Below, in pieces: positions 40,086-51,200 of a stretch of DNA of 64,000 bases (position 1 is its first letter; every line of letters begins with the position of its first letter). The position numbers and the translations under genes are program-made. The DNA comes from Azolla caroliniana (lineage: Eukaryota; Plantae; Polypodiophyta), in NCBI GenBank assembly GCA_043228905.1, contig JBHGNT010000016.1, positions 13,330,001 to 13,394,000 on the forward strand. The letters are read 5' to 3'. The notes beneath the pieces were generated by a model. That model saw only the letters and a program-made list of their open reading frames with translations. It was not told where the DNA came from and searched no databases.

Positions 40086-40381
40086 AAGAAGAAGGGTTAG
40101 GCATTTTTTTGTTATGAAATTAAGAAGAAGATAATTCGTTATCGAATGGATCGTGTAACTTGTTTCTTAAAATCTAAAATCAAGAGTTCAATCTTAATCT
40201 CTCTCAATCTAAAGTCTAAAGTCAAGCATTCTATTCTATCTCAAGCTCTCTCTCTCTTTAAATCTAGCTTAAGTACTTTCTCCCTAAAGCTTGCGCCAAC
40301 TTCAAGTCCTTCCGGTCTAGAACCCCGACGGTTCCGCCTCACGATCCGCGCATAGTGACGGATCTTCACGACATAATAAAG

Positions 40382-40398
40382 TGGTGAACCCGACGTGA
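40382..40398 (+). promoter_or_regulatory. Primer-binding site complementary to the tRNA-Trp 3' end
   Basis: TGGTGAACCCGACGTGA is the reverse complement of the plant tRNA-Trp end TCACGTCGGGTTCACCA; 8 nt downstream of the LTR. Confidence 0.85.
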
Positions 40399-42089
40399 AA
40401 GAGGCGATAGGAAGGATCAAGCTGAGATTAATACTTGGAGATGGCATCCTCAAGTAATCAAGCGGGAGAGCTCGAAAGGATGATGCTAATTGTCGAGCAA
40501 AGGATGAGATCTCAGAACAACGACGCGAGCGTGGAGAAGGTTGTTGATCGTGTCATAGAGCTCGAGGGACAATTCGATGGAAGGAACGTTACAAAGTTCC
40601 TGGACACATATTGAAGGGAGATGAATCAGAGGGACATGTCTGAAGCACGTCAAATCGCAAGCTTCAAGAGAGTTGTTGCCAACAACGTCCAAAGACTCGT
40701 CATCGAATTTCAAGAAGGTAAGACAACATGGTCTGAGTTCAAGAAAACGATACTAGTGGAGTTCATGACTGAAGACTCAACGAGGATGACTCGACATGCC
40801 CTGATGAAGTGGATAGAGAAGAAGAATAGGAAGATGAGCGCCTCGACAGTGTACGACGAATTCGACCAGATGTTTAGTCGTCTCCCCAACACGGACCAAC
40901 TGTTGCTTGAAGAGCAGAAGACTTTGTACTTCTTGAAAGCTGTGGACATGAAGGATAGATGAGAATTGGGGACTCTTCTCGAAGACGATACCCAAGCAAA
41001 TGGGCTTGTAGCGGACTTGTAGTGAAGCGAGCGTGCAATAGGCTTGACAAGCGTCGCCAATGGGTTGACGACACCGACTTGACGGGATCGACTGTCACGA
41101 AGAAAGCAAGACCGCCGAAAGTAGCTAAGCCACCAAAACAAAGTAACGTGGAAGAAAAGAAGATTGGTGATGACATCATCGAAGAACTGGTGAAGAAGTT
41201 CGAGAAGGTCACGCTAGCTAACATGAATCATCGGGGGCCCAAAGGAAAAGAACCCTTTAGATGCGTATGGTGCAATAGCATGGACCACATGAGAAGGGAT
41301 TGCACGAGCCTTTGAGAGGCGATCCGACAAAATATCGTGTACATAGATGACAACATGATTTGCTCGAGCGAGACTAGAAGACCCCTACGGGTGAATTTCG
41401 GAAGAGGAGGAATGAAGAAAGCTATGGAGGATGCCGATGCTTGATAGCCACGTAACTTTGTCCTTGAGGGAATTACTCGGCATTACGAAGGAGTTCCATG
41501 ACACGATCGTGGACCTTGTAAAGAGAAAAAGACAACAATCGGACGAGGAAGAAGAAAGTCCGCTAAAAGCAAAACCAAATGCCATAACGATGGCGAGGGA
41601 CGAAGTTGATGAAGAAATAGTGGACAGCCACTATACTCGACTTCATTGGGCACGTGCGACAACGGAGACGCCGGTGAAGATCGGGGAGAAGAAAGAGACC
41701 ATGGTAGCTTTGATCGACCAAGGCTCGGAGATCAACCTCATGTCAACCGACTTCTACAAAAAAGGAAGATGGCCAATCAATACAAACCATGGATGGAAGA
41801 TTCGCGCAACAACAAAGTCTACGGAGGACTTGTACGGGGCTTGTCCTAATGTCAAAGTCACAATCGGGGATGTGGAGATGGATCACCACTTCTTCGTACA
41901 AGAATCGGCGTCGCATCCTGTCATCCTAGGGCAACCTTATATCACATCATCTCGGATGGAGACCAAAGTGTTCGATAATGGAGCAGCCTTCGCACGAATA
42001 AAGAATCTTGACAACCAAAGATCGGTCCAACTCCTAACGGTGCAAGCCAATCATGAAAGGAATCGAGATAGTCTCAGAGGCGAATCCTT

Positions 42090-42153
42090 GGATTTTTAGA
42101 GCGGACTATTGAAGCATGGGGCACAAATAGTCTGAGCAATGACAAGACCCCAC
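42090..42153 (+). promoter_or_regulatory. Candidate -1 ribosomal frameshift signal (G GAT TTT + H-type pseudoknot)
   Basis: Heptamer directly before the protease-ORF stop; -1 frame is open and is the RT frame; stem 1 at 42102-42110/42126-42134; stem 2 at 42117-42121/42148-42152. Confidence 0.7.
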
Positions 42154-45116
42154 AAGTAAGAAGAGTGCGTGGATTGCGAGGAGAAGTAACATGTGTCACA
42201 CCTAGTGGCGCATGTAAACTAGTACTACCCGACAAGAAGGACAAGCGTCGGATACAAGAATTCGAGAAGATGTTGAAAGAAGAAAACATAATAGAAGAAG
42301 GAGAGTTCATGACTCATATTATGGAAGAAGCCTCATTTAACGACACCATCGGTGAAATCGAGGACGTCATGGACTTGAGCTATCTTCAGGATCAACGCGT
42401 GATTTCGGTTAACTCCGTCAACATGTACGCTATCATCGATGAATACCTTCGTGGCATCTCGATGAAAGAAGCTGACATCAATGTGAAATATAAAACGGTG
42501 GATAAGAAGATCAAGCCAATTGCGGTTCTGCTACCGGAAGATAGCTAGCAAAAGATGAAGGAAGTCGCTAACGATCCAAGCTTAAGAGATCCGAAGACGA
42601 TAAGTCATGTCTTCACCAAAGAGACGAAGGGGAAGCTACGAGTTGGAAAGGAGGATTTCCTTCTCCTTGAAAAGGAGCGAATGTTTCGCGATATGCTTGA
42701 GAGACATGGGAAGGTTTTTGCATTCTTCCCACGGGAAATCGGATGTGCCGACCCAAAGGTTATAGAGCCGATGGTGATCTTCACGGTGCCTCATGTGCCT
42801 TGGAATTTGAAACCGATACCGGTTCCGAGAGCACACCTTCCGAAGCTGATCGAACTCTTAAAGGAGAAGGTGAGTATGGGAATTCTAGAACCGTCAAATG
42901 CTCTTTATTCCAATAGGTGGTTCACGGTGCCGAAGAAGAATAGATCATTGCAATTCATCCAAGATCTTCAACCCGTCAACAGGGTGACAATTCGAAATGC
43001 CGGAATCGGTCCGAGCGTGGACGAATTTGCCGAAGCGTTTGCAGGCCAGTCCATCTACTCCATTAGCGATCTCTACTCCGGATATGACCAATTCCAATTG
43101 GCGATCAACAATCAGGACATTACAACCAAGAGGACTCCGATCGGTCTTGTGCGGATGTGTACCTTACCCCAAGGCGCAATGAACTTGGTGGCTCATATGG
43201 TGAATGCCATGAATAAAGTCTTGAAGGATTGCATCCCAGACATCACGATGCCATTCTTGGATGATATTGGTGGTAGGTCACTTATGTGGGGCATACGGCC
43301 GGAAGCCTTCGCCATACAAAGTGAACGCGATCCAAGACATGAAAGAAGAATCCGAAAATCAAACGGAGGTTAGAAGGTTCCTTGGAGCATGCACATTTTA
43401 TCATATCTGGATTCCGCACTACGCTCATGTCGCCGAACCGTTATTTGGACTACTAAAGAAAAGAATGAAGTTTGAATGGCAAGACGAGCACACAAATGCG
43501 ATGCGAAGATTGAAGAAACTGCTACTTGAAGCTCCAACACTAAGGAAGGCAGACTATGCCGAAGGGAAGCCGATTTACGTGACCGTAGATACGAGCCCAA
43601 CCGGAATCGGGTGGGTCATCAACCAAGAAGGAGAAGATAATGCGCGATATGCCGTCCTGTTTGGAGCAAAGATTCTCAGTGAACGGAAACAAAGATATGC
43701 CCAAGTCAAGCGGGAACTTTGGGGTATTGTATCGGTAGTGAAGACGGACAAAGATTACCTGATCGGGTCGGAAGTGATAATAGAGACAGATTGTCTCCCA
43801 ATTCTCGGAATGGTCTCGGGATGTACGACCCCAGATCTTTCTATGCTAAGGTGGATTGCCTACATCAAGTCTTTAAACCCAGAGATCCATCACATTGCAG
43901 GGAAGAAGAATGCCATGGCTGACATGCTGTCCAGGGCAAGATTTGAAAATGGAAGCGATATGGTTTCGGAAGATGAAGATGTCGCCCTCGACTTCTTCAA
44001 GATGGCTCGATTATTGGCGGAAGACTAGGACACGCAAACCCACCACGCCTTCAATGAGAACGAGTACGAAGGAGAGTGGTTACTGATCGGTAGATTCCTA
44101 AGAACATTGACGGGATGCTTCGTTGACAAAGGAGGAGGCCCTACGAATCTGGAAGAAAGCTTACCGATACTTCCTGAAGGGAGGATTCCTCTGGCGACAT
44201 CCACAAAGAAGGACAAGAATACCACGTCGAGTGGTGGTGAAGAAAGAAGAGCAAGAGACGCTGATGACCGAATTCCACGAGAGTGCTTGGGAGGTCATAG
44301 AGGAACATGGGCGACGTTCGAAAAGTTGAAGGAGAAGTACTAGTGGCCAAGCATGTACAAAGATGTACTCCATTTTGTGTCCACATGCGAAACTTGCCAA
44401 ATATATTCAAATATATGTCATCGCGATGAGTTACAACCAACATATACACTCACCATACACTTCAAATGGATGGTGGATCTGGTCTCAATGCCAATGGGAG
44501 TGGGACAAATGAAGTACTTAGCGCTGGCAAGGGAAGACTTGACAAATCAAGTGGACGGACGAGCCTTGACAAATAAGACGACTTCAGCCGTTTGTAAATT
44601 TCTGGTTGAAGAGGTTGTTTGCCGATACGGATGTGTGGGGAAGAGAGTGGCCGATCGAGGGGAGTTGGATGCGCATGAAGCTACGGAGCTCTTCGAACGA
44701 CTAGGCGTAAAGCTCTCCCTCACGACTGCCTACAATTCAGAAGCGAATGGGAAGATCGAGCGAGGGCATGGACTATCGTTAAAGGCATCGTACGGGCATG
44801 CAACGGTCGAGTCGGGAATTGGCCACGACTATTACCCTATGCCTTGTGGGCCGATAGAGCGACACACAGCTCGGTGACAGGGTATATGCCGACGGAGCTT
44901 ATGTATGGACAAAAGCCAGTTATGCCCATCGAAAGGGCGATCGCCTCATGGGTGCAATACCGTGGGAAAAGAGAAAACTGTGAGATATCCCACATAGGCA
45001 CGACAAATACGGCTCTCATCATATATAAGGTAGAGCAAAAGCTATTATCTTTGTGTCTATGTGTTGAGCATAGAGAGTTCAAGGTAACTTGAACTAATAG
45101 TGGAGGTGGCCTAGCC

Positions 45117-45288
45117 ACTGTTTATTAAAAACATAGGACTCTGCTAAGTGGTAACACGACGTATAGAGTCTGACACCTACCCGGTGCTGGAAGGTAAAAA
45201 GGAGAAGTGTTATAAGCTTTGAATGGAAGCCCCGGTAAACGGTGGCAGTAACTCTAACTGTCCTAAGGTAGCGAAATTCCTTGTCGCA
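45117..45288 (+). rRNA. rrn26: Organellar (mitochondrial-type) large-subunit rRNA fragment (NUMT), non-functional
   Basis: ACTGTTTATTAAAAACATAGGACTCTGC...GTAACTCTAACTGTCCTAAGGTAGCGAAATTCCTTGTCGCA is LSU domain IV (H69-H71); the CTCTAACTG and GTCGCA variants match plant mitochondrial rather than plastid sequence as I recall them. Confidence 0.9.
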
Positions 45289-48200
45289 CAACCAAAACGG
45301 AACTGGACGGTAACCGGCGATCGGTGATTCGGCGGTTTCGGCATCCGACGGGCCGACGATAGCGGCGGCGGAGCCGATATTCGGCGACCGACGGTAACCG
45401 GCATCCGGTGACCAAATTAATAAATAAATATATATCACATATATATAGACAAGGGGGGCAAGTGAGGATTCAAACCTTGCACCTCCTAGTTAAGAGTCAA
45501 TAGGCTTACCACTAAGCAATGACATTTAGTTAAATTTATATTTCTATCATTGTACTTTTACACGGAAATTCTCAGACATGACAGCTAAAATGAGTGACAT
45601 GGTTATCATGCTCCACATGTAATACATGAGCGTCAAATGGCAAACACACATTTTATGCATGTGTTATACTCTCACATGCATCATATGCATGAGAGCATCT
45701 ATAAAAGAAGGGATGAAAAAGAAGAAGGGTTGGGCTTTTTTTGGTTATGAAATTAAGAAGAAGAGAATTCGTTATCGAATGGATCGCGTAACTTGTTTCT
45801 TAAAATCTAAAATCAAGAGTTCAATCTTAATCTCTCTCAATCTAAAGTCTAAAGTCAAGCGTTCTATTCTATCTTAAGCTCTCTCTATCTTTCAATCTAG
45901 CTTAAGTACTTTCTCGCTAAAGCTTGCACCAACTTCAAGTCCTTCCGGTCCAGAACCCCGGCGGTTCTGCCTCACGATCCACGTGTAGTGACGGATCTTC
46001 ACGACAATGCGTGGAACACCGGGTTCCGAGCCAGATAGATACTGCTCATGTTGTCGTATTAAAGGGAAGTGGGATCCTTGATGGGTGCGCCCAGATCCTT
46101 GAGTATCATTTTGAGCCATACTGCTTCACATGCGGCCACTACCGCGCCCCCGTATTCCGCCTCTGTGCTTGGAAGAGCGACGGTTGGTTGGATTTTGCTG
46201 CTCCAGGATATTGGTTCGCTGCCGAGGGAAAAAAACAAATCCGGAGGTTGATCTTCTATCGGCTTTGTAGCCAGCCCAATCGGCGTCTGTGTACCCCTCC
46301 GGTCGTATTGGCATTGCGGTCTTGTAGAGGATGCCGCAATCGATTGTGCCGCTCACGTATCGTAGAACTCGCTTAGCGCAATCCAAGTGAGTATCACGTG
46401 GTGCTTGCATGAATTGGCTAAGGAGACCGACCGGAGAACTGAGATCGGGTCGTGTGATCGTGAAATAGGTGAGACTCCCGATGAGTTGTCGATACTGAGT
46501 CGGCTCACACGCTTTGGTGTCCGTGTTCACATCTAGTTTGAGATTTCGATCGAGCGGGGTTGCCGCGGATTTCACTCAACCATACCGAACTTGTATATCA
46601 AGTTCAGGATGTAGTGCCGTTGAGAGATCATGATTCCGGCCGGGGTTCGAATTACCTCGATGCTGAGAAAGTAGTAGAGCTCCTTCATGTTCGTCATCTC
46701 TAACTTGTCAAAAAGGAGGGATTTGAGCTTATTGACTTCGACGAGATTCTCACCTCCAATGACTAGGTCATCCACGTATAAGATGATGACGATCGGACTT
46801 GTGGAATTGCTTCGTATGTAGAGGGATTTGTCCAATTTTGTCATACCGAAGCCGATTTCATGAAGATATGGCGTTATCTTCGAATGCCAAGCATGCGGTG
46901 CTTGCTTGAGCCCGTAGAGTGGCTTCTTGATTCGGCATACAGCTTTCGGATGGGTGCTCGAGTTGACGCCGGGTGGTTATATCATGTGCACCTCCTCTTC
47001 TAATTCGCCTTGTAGAAAGGGGTTCTTGACATCCATTTGATGGAGGTGCCACCCTTTCGCCGCGGCAAGCGCAATTACGGTCCGTACCATCGTCATCTTT
47101 GCCACCGGGGCAAAGGTCTCTTCATAGTCAACTTTGTGCGTTTATACGTAGCCTTTCGCTACGAGTCGTGCTTTGTAGTGGTTGACGGAACCGTCGGCGT
47201 TGTACCTCACTTTGTAAATCCATTTGAATACGATCACCTTTTTGTGTGGTGAGGTGGGAACGAGATCCCACGTCTCGTTCTTGCGTAGTGCCTGCATCTC
47301 CTCGTTCATGGCTTCGATCCATTGCGGATCCTTGGCTGCTTCGGAAAATGTTTCCGGCTCGCGTACTATCGCTACCTTCATCATAAAGGCATAGTAATAT
47401 GCCATGTAGTCGTTGTAGCCAAATCGGCTAACCGAATTCTTTTCACGGGTGGAGCGACGGAGCTTTTCATTTGCATAGATGAGAGCTTTCTTAGCTCCAA
47501 TTGGTACATCGAAGCGGCCGAACTCACTATCAAGTGCGTGAGTTGACTCAGTGTCGTCGAAGCGATCGTCTTCGTACTCCAACATTTTCGCCTTGCCTTT
47601 GTCCATCTTCGGGCTAGGCCCTGATGTGCTTTGATCCCTCAAAGTCTCTTGTGGTCTGCTCAGTCGAGTCGTGATCGGACTTTCTTCGAGCATGTGCGTA
47701 AGGCAATCATCATCCTCTATCTCTTGTTCTGCGGATTCCGGGTCAAGCGGAGTCAGAGTCGAAGTTGTCTCTGGTGCGTACCAAGATGCGGACTCGTCAA
47801 ACACGACGTCTCGACTTACTTGAACTTTTCAGATAGATGGCTTGTAGCATTTGTACCCCTTTTGTTCGAGTGAGTATCCTACGAGGATACATTTCTCCAA
47901 CCTTGGATCTAGCTTTTGCCGCTATCCGTCAGGTATGTGCATGTATGCTATCGTGCCAAATATCCGGGTGTGCGATAAGTCCGGCTTCTTTCCAAAGTAT
48001 TTTTCATGCGGAGTGACCTCATGCACTCCGGATGTTGTGCATCGGTTCATTAGGTAGACGGCCGTATTTGCAGCTTCGGCCCAATATGACTTGGGCATAT
48101 GCTTCTCATTCATCATGGCCTGCGCTACTTCGAGGATGTGCCGATTTTTCCACTCGGCTACTCCGTTTTGTTGCAGAGTGTGTCAGCAAGTGAATTCTCG

Positions 48201-51200
48201 CCGTATTCCTTCCTTTCAGAGATACGCCGTGAAATCGTCCGAGAAGTACTCCTTGCCGCCATCTAATCGAAGGCATCGTACATGACGGCCCATGGCTTTC
48301 TCGACTTCATTCTTGAATTTTTGGAAGTGTCCGAACACTTCGCTCTTTTGCCGCATCAGGTAGATCCACGTGTGCCTGGAGAAGTCGTCGATGAAGAGCA
48401 AGTAATATCGGCATTTGTCGAATGTAGCTGTTTGCGCCGGTCCCCATATCGAGTAGACCTTTGCTCATGTTTCGCTCTTTCGAGAATGGGTGTCGGTGTT
48501 GCTTGCCGAATTGGCACGCTTCACATACACCTTCAATCTCCTTCTCTTTGAATGTCGGGAGTCTGATAACGACTCCTTTCGATTTCATTACTTTGAGTTT
48601 GTTGAGATTGATGTGGCTGATTCTCTTGTGCCATAGCTCTATGTCGAAGTCGGCTTTCGTGCTTTTTGCGAACATGGCGGATTTCATCTCGTGTGAATCG
48701 AGAATGAACATCCAGCCCTCTCTTCTTCCACGCACGATGATTCAACCCTCTTTTTCGATGACGTACCCTTCTTGCATCCCTTGCTCAACCATTTGGCCGA
48801 CCAAGAACAAATTCTTCGTGATAGTGGGAACATGCAAGACATTTTTAATGTATGTTTGCTTACCTCTTTCGTCGAACGGAACATTGCTGTTGTGCCGAAT
48901 CGGGTGTGTAGTGTCATCTCCGGTTTCGACATACCGTCGCTCCGGCTCTCGAAGTTCGAGAAACCATTCATTATGAGATGTCATATGGTTTGAGGCTCCA
49001 GAGTCAACAAACCATACGTCCTCCAGATTGAGGGCACTAGTTGAGGTAGAGGCTGACATAGAGTTTGCTATATATGTTTCATCATGAACATTCCACCATG
49101 GTCGGAGTTGTGTACATACATTCCACCACAATCTTAGTAGTCGGAGTTGTGCCCGTACATTCCGCTATACTCTTCGTAGTCGGAATTGTGCGCGTAATTC
49201 GTGAGTTGTCGGCTTGTGGAAGCTGATTCGCGCATCTTCTTTCGACACTCTTCTTCGTGGTGGCCGAGCTTTCCACAATATCCGCATTCGGTTGCGTTTT
49301 GACGGCTCGGGACAGAGTGGAAGCTCCCACTTCTTGCGAAGGTTCCTCGTTGGCTTCCATTTTGCGGCCGAAATTGGGAGTTGTTGTCATAGGTCGGACC
49401 TTGTCCGCCTTGTCTTTGGCCGAAACGGCCTCTCGCTCATCAGCGTCCTCTTCCTCCGTTCGAGTGCATGTAGAGCATGTGGCCTTCCGACAAATTTCTC
49501 CTTGTACGCACGTGGTTTTCGTCGACCAATAGCATTGATTGGAGCTCGAATGAGGGAGATTTCTCCCTTGCTACAACGGTGGTTCACATCGCACCGAACC
49601 GTGGTGTGAGGCGGCCGAGGCATGTTTGTACCATCTTATCATCATCAATATTTACACTTATCGAGCCAAGCGAGTCACAAAGCTCCTTGATCTTCAAGGT
49701 GTATTCAAGGTGTATGTTGTGATTGACATGTCCCTTTGTTGAATGTTGTTCAACTCTTGGCGGAGTTGAAGCCTTCTTGCGGTTGTGTTCGACGCAAAAA
49801 TCTTTCGTAGATTTTCCCATGCCTCCTTCGGCGTCTTGGCTTCGCGAATGTAGCCGAGCATGTGATCGTGAACACATGTTGCCAAGCAATACATCACGCG
49901 GCTTGCGGCTTGCTCCCATGTCGCGTATCCGGGAGCCGTTTCGATGGGTCGGTCTTCGTGCCCTCCTTTGATGTAGCTCCAATAGCCTTGTCTGACCAGG
50001 TAATTGTGCATCTTGTATTCCCAAGATGCGAAGTTGTTTCGATCCAACTTCTCGGTAGGGAGATCGCTCCCCATTTGAGTATTCATTTTGTCGATTCTTT
50101 TTCTTCTTCTCTCTTCGAATGCGAGCTATGTAGCGAAGCTACGATAGCGATGAGCTGGTTCTTGGTCGTCGGCGTAGGACACAACACACGATCACGATGA
50201 GGCGAGTGGGCTAGATCGAGCTACCAAATCGCTTTGATTCCATGTAAAGAATCAAGAGATGGATTCTGTGCAGTGGAATAGATATGAACTGTGTGTGTGT
50301 GTATGAGAGAGAGAGAGAGTGAGAGAGAGACAAGGAGTAAGACACAGAGAATACGGAAGGTAAAGTATATTAACAAAGGATAAAGACTCAATATTTTACA
50401 AGGTGGGAGGAGGGTGCTTTATATAGTCACCCTCTCTCTTCATTAACTACAAGACTCATGGAGCATGGGGAATGTGAAAGCTGATAAGTTATGTGTCATA
50501 GAATATGATTCTATGACTCATACTAAATGCTAGAATACAAAGTGGTGACATAATGGTGACTCTTGACCGTTTGAGTGTCTATTCACCCTCAAGGTGAGTT
50601 CACACACTAGAACAAGCTGAGCTTGATTCTCAACAGTACAAGATGCACCAATACCTTGTGGGCCAAGGCTATTGGAGCTACATCAAAGGAGCACACGAAA
50701 ATCGGCCCAACCCAGAAGACGCCGACTATGCAACATGGGAGCAAGCGGCAGGCCGAGTGATGTATTTCTTGGCGACATGTGTTCATGACCACATGCTCGG
50801 GTAAATTTGAGAAGCCAAGACGCCGAAGGAAGCGTGGGAGAATCTACGAAAGATTTTCGCCGCCAATACTACCATGAGAAAACTTCAACTCCGCCAAGAG
50901 TTGAATAATATCCAACAAAGGGATATGTCCATCACGAGCTACACCTTGAAGATCAAGGAGCTTTGTGATTCTCTTGGCTCGATAAGCATAAACGTGGAGG
51001 ATGACGAGATGGTGCAAATATGCCTCGGCGGCCTTGCACCAAGATTCGGCGCGATGCAGACCGCCGTAGTAGCACGGGAGAATCCGCCCTCGTTCTTCGA
51101 TCATCAATCCATGTTTTTGGTCGAAGAAAACCATGTTCGAACAAGGAGTAGTGCTTCTGATGGCCAAATGCTCTACACGCATTTGGACGGAGGAAGAGGA

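Larger units (their letters stand above)
39129..46006 (+). mobile_element. Ty3/Gypsy LTR retrotransposon D inserted in the RNase H of copia C
   Basis: 5' LTR 39129-40373 with 12-bp TIRs; PBS 40382-40398; gag CCHC; protease LIDQGSEIN; RT FLDD; RNase H VDTSPTGIG...ADMLSR; integrase HHCC and D,D,E; RT-RH-INT order; 3' LTR about 44963-46006 lacks its first about 190 bp; host motif NPVFHA|TKHIEV is split. Confidence 0.95.
38266..50635 (-). mobile_element. Complete, inactivated copia C carrying a nested Gypsy
   Basis: 393-bp LTRs 38266-38658 and 50243-50635; TSD GTACA at 38261-38265 and 50636-50640; degenerate PBS 50231-50242; PPT 38659-38667; gag, WFVDSGAS, integrase, YVDD and TDADW on minus strand. 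Confidence 0.96.

Noticed and set aside
45249-45275. I-CeuI-like homing endonuclease site or functional rRNA gene
   Set aside because: It is simply the conserved LSU H69-H71 sequence inside a 170-bp fragment; no intron, endonuclease or rRNA operon is present
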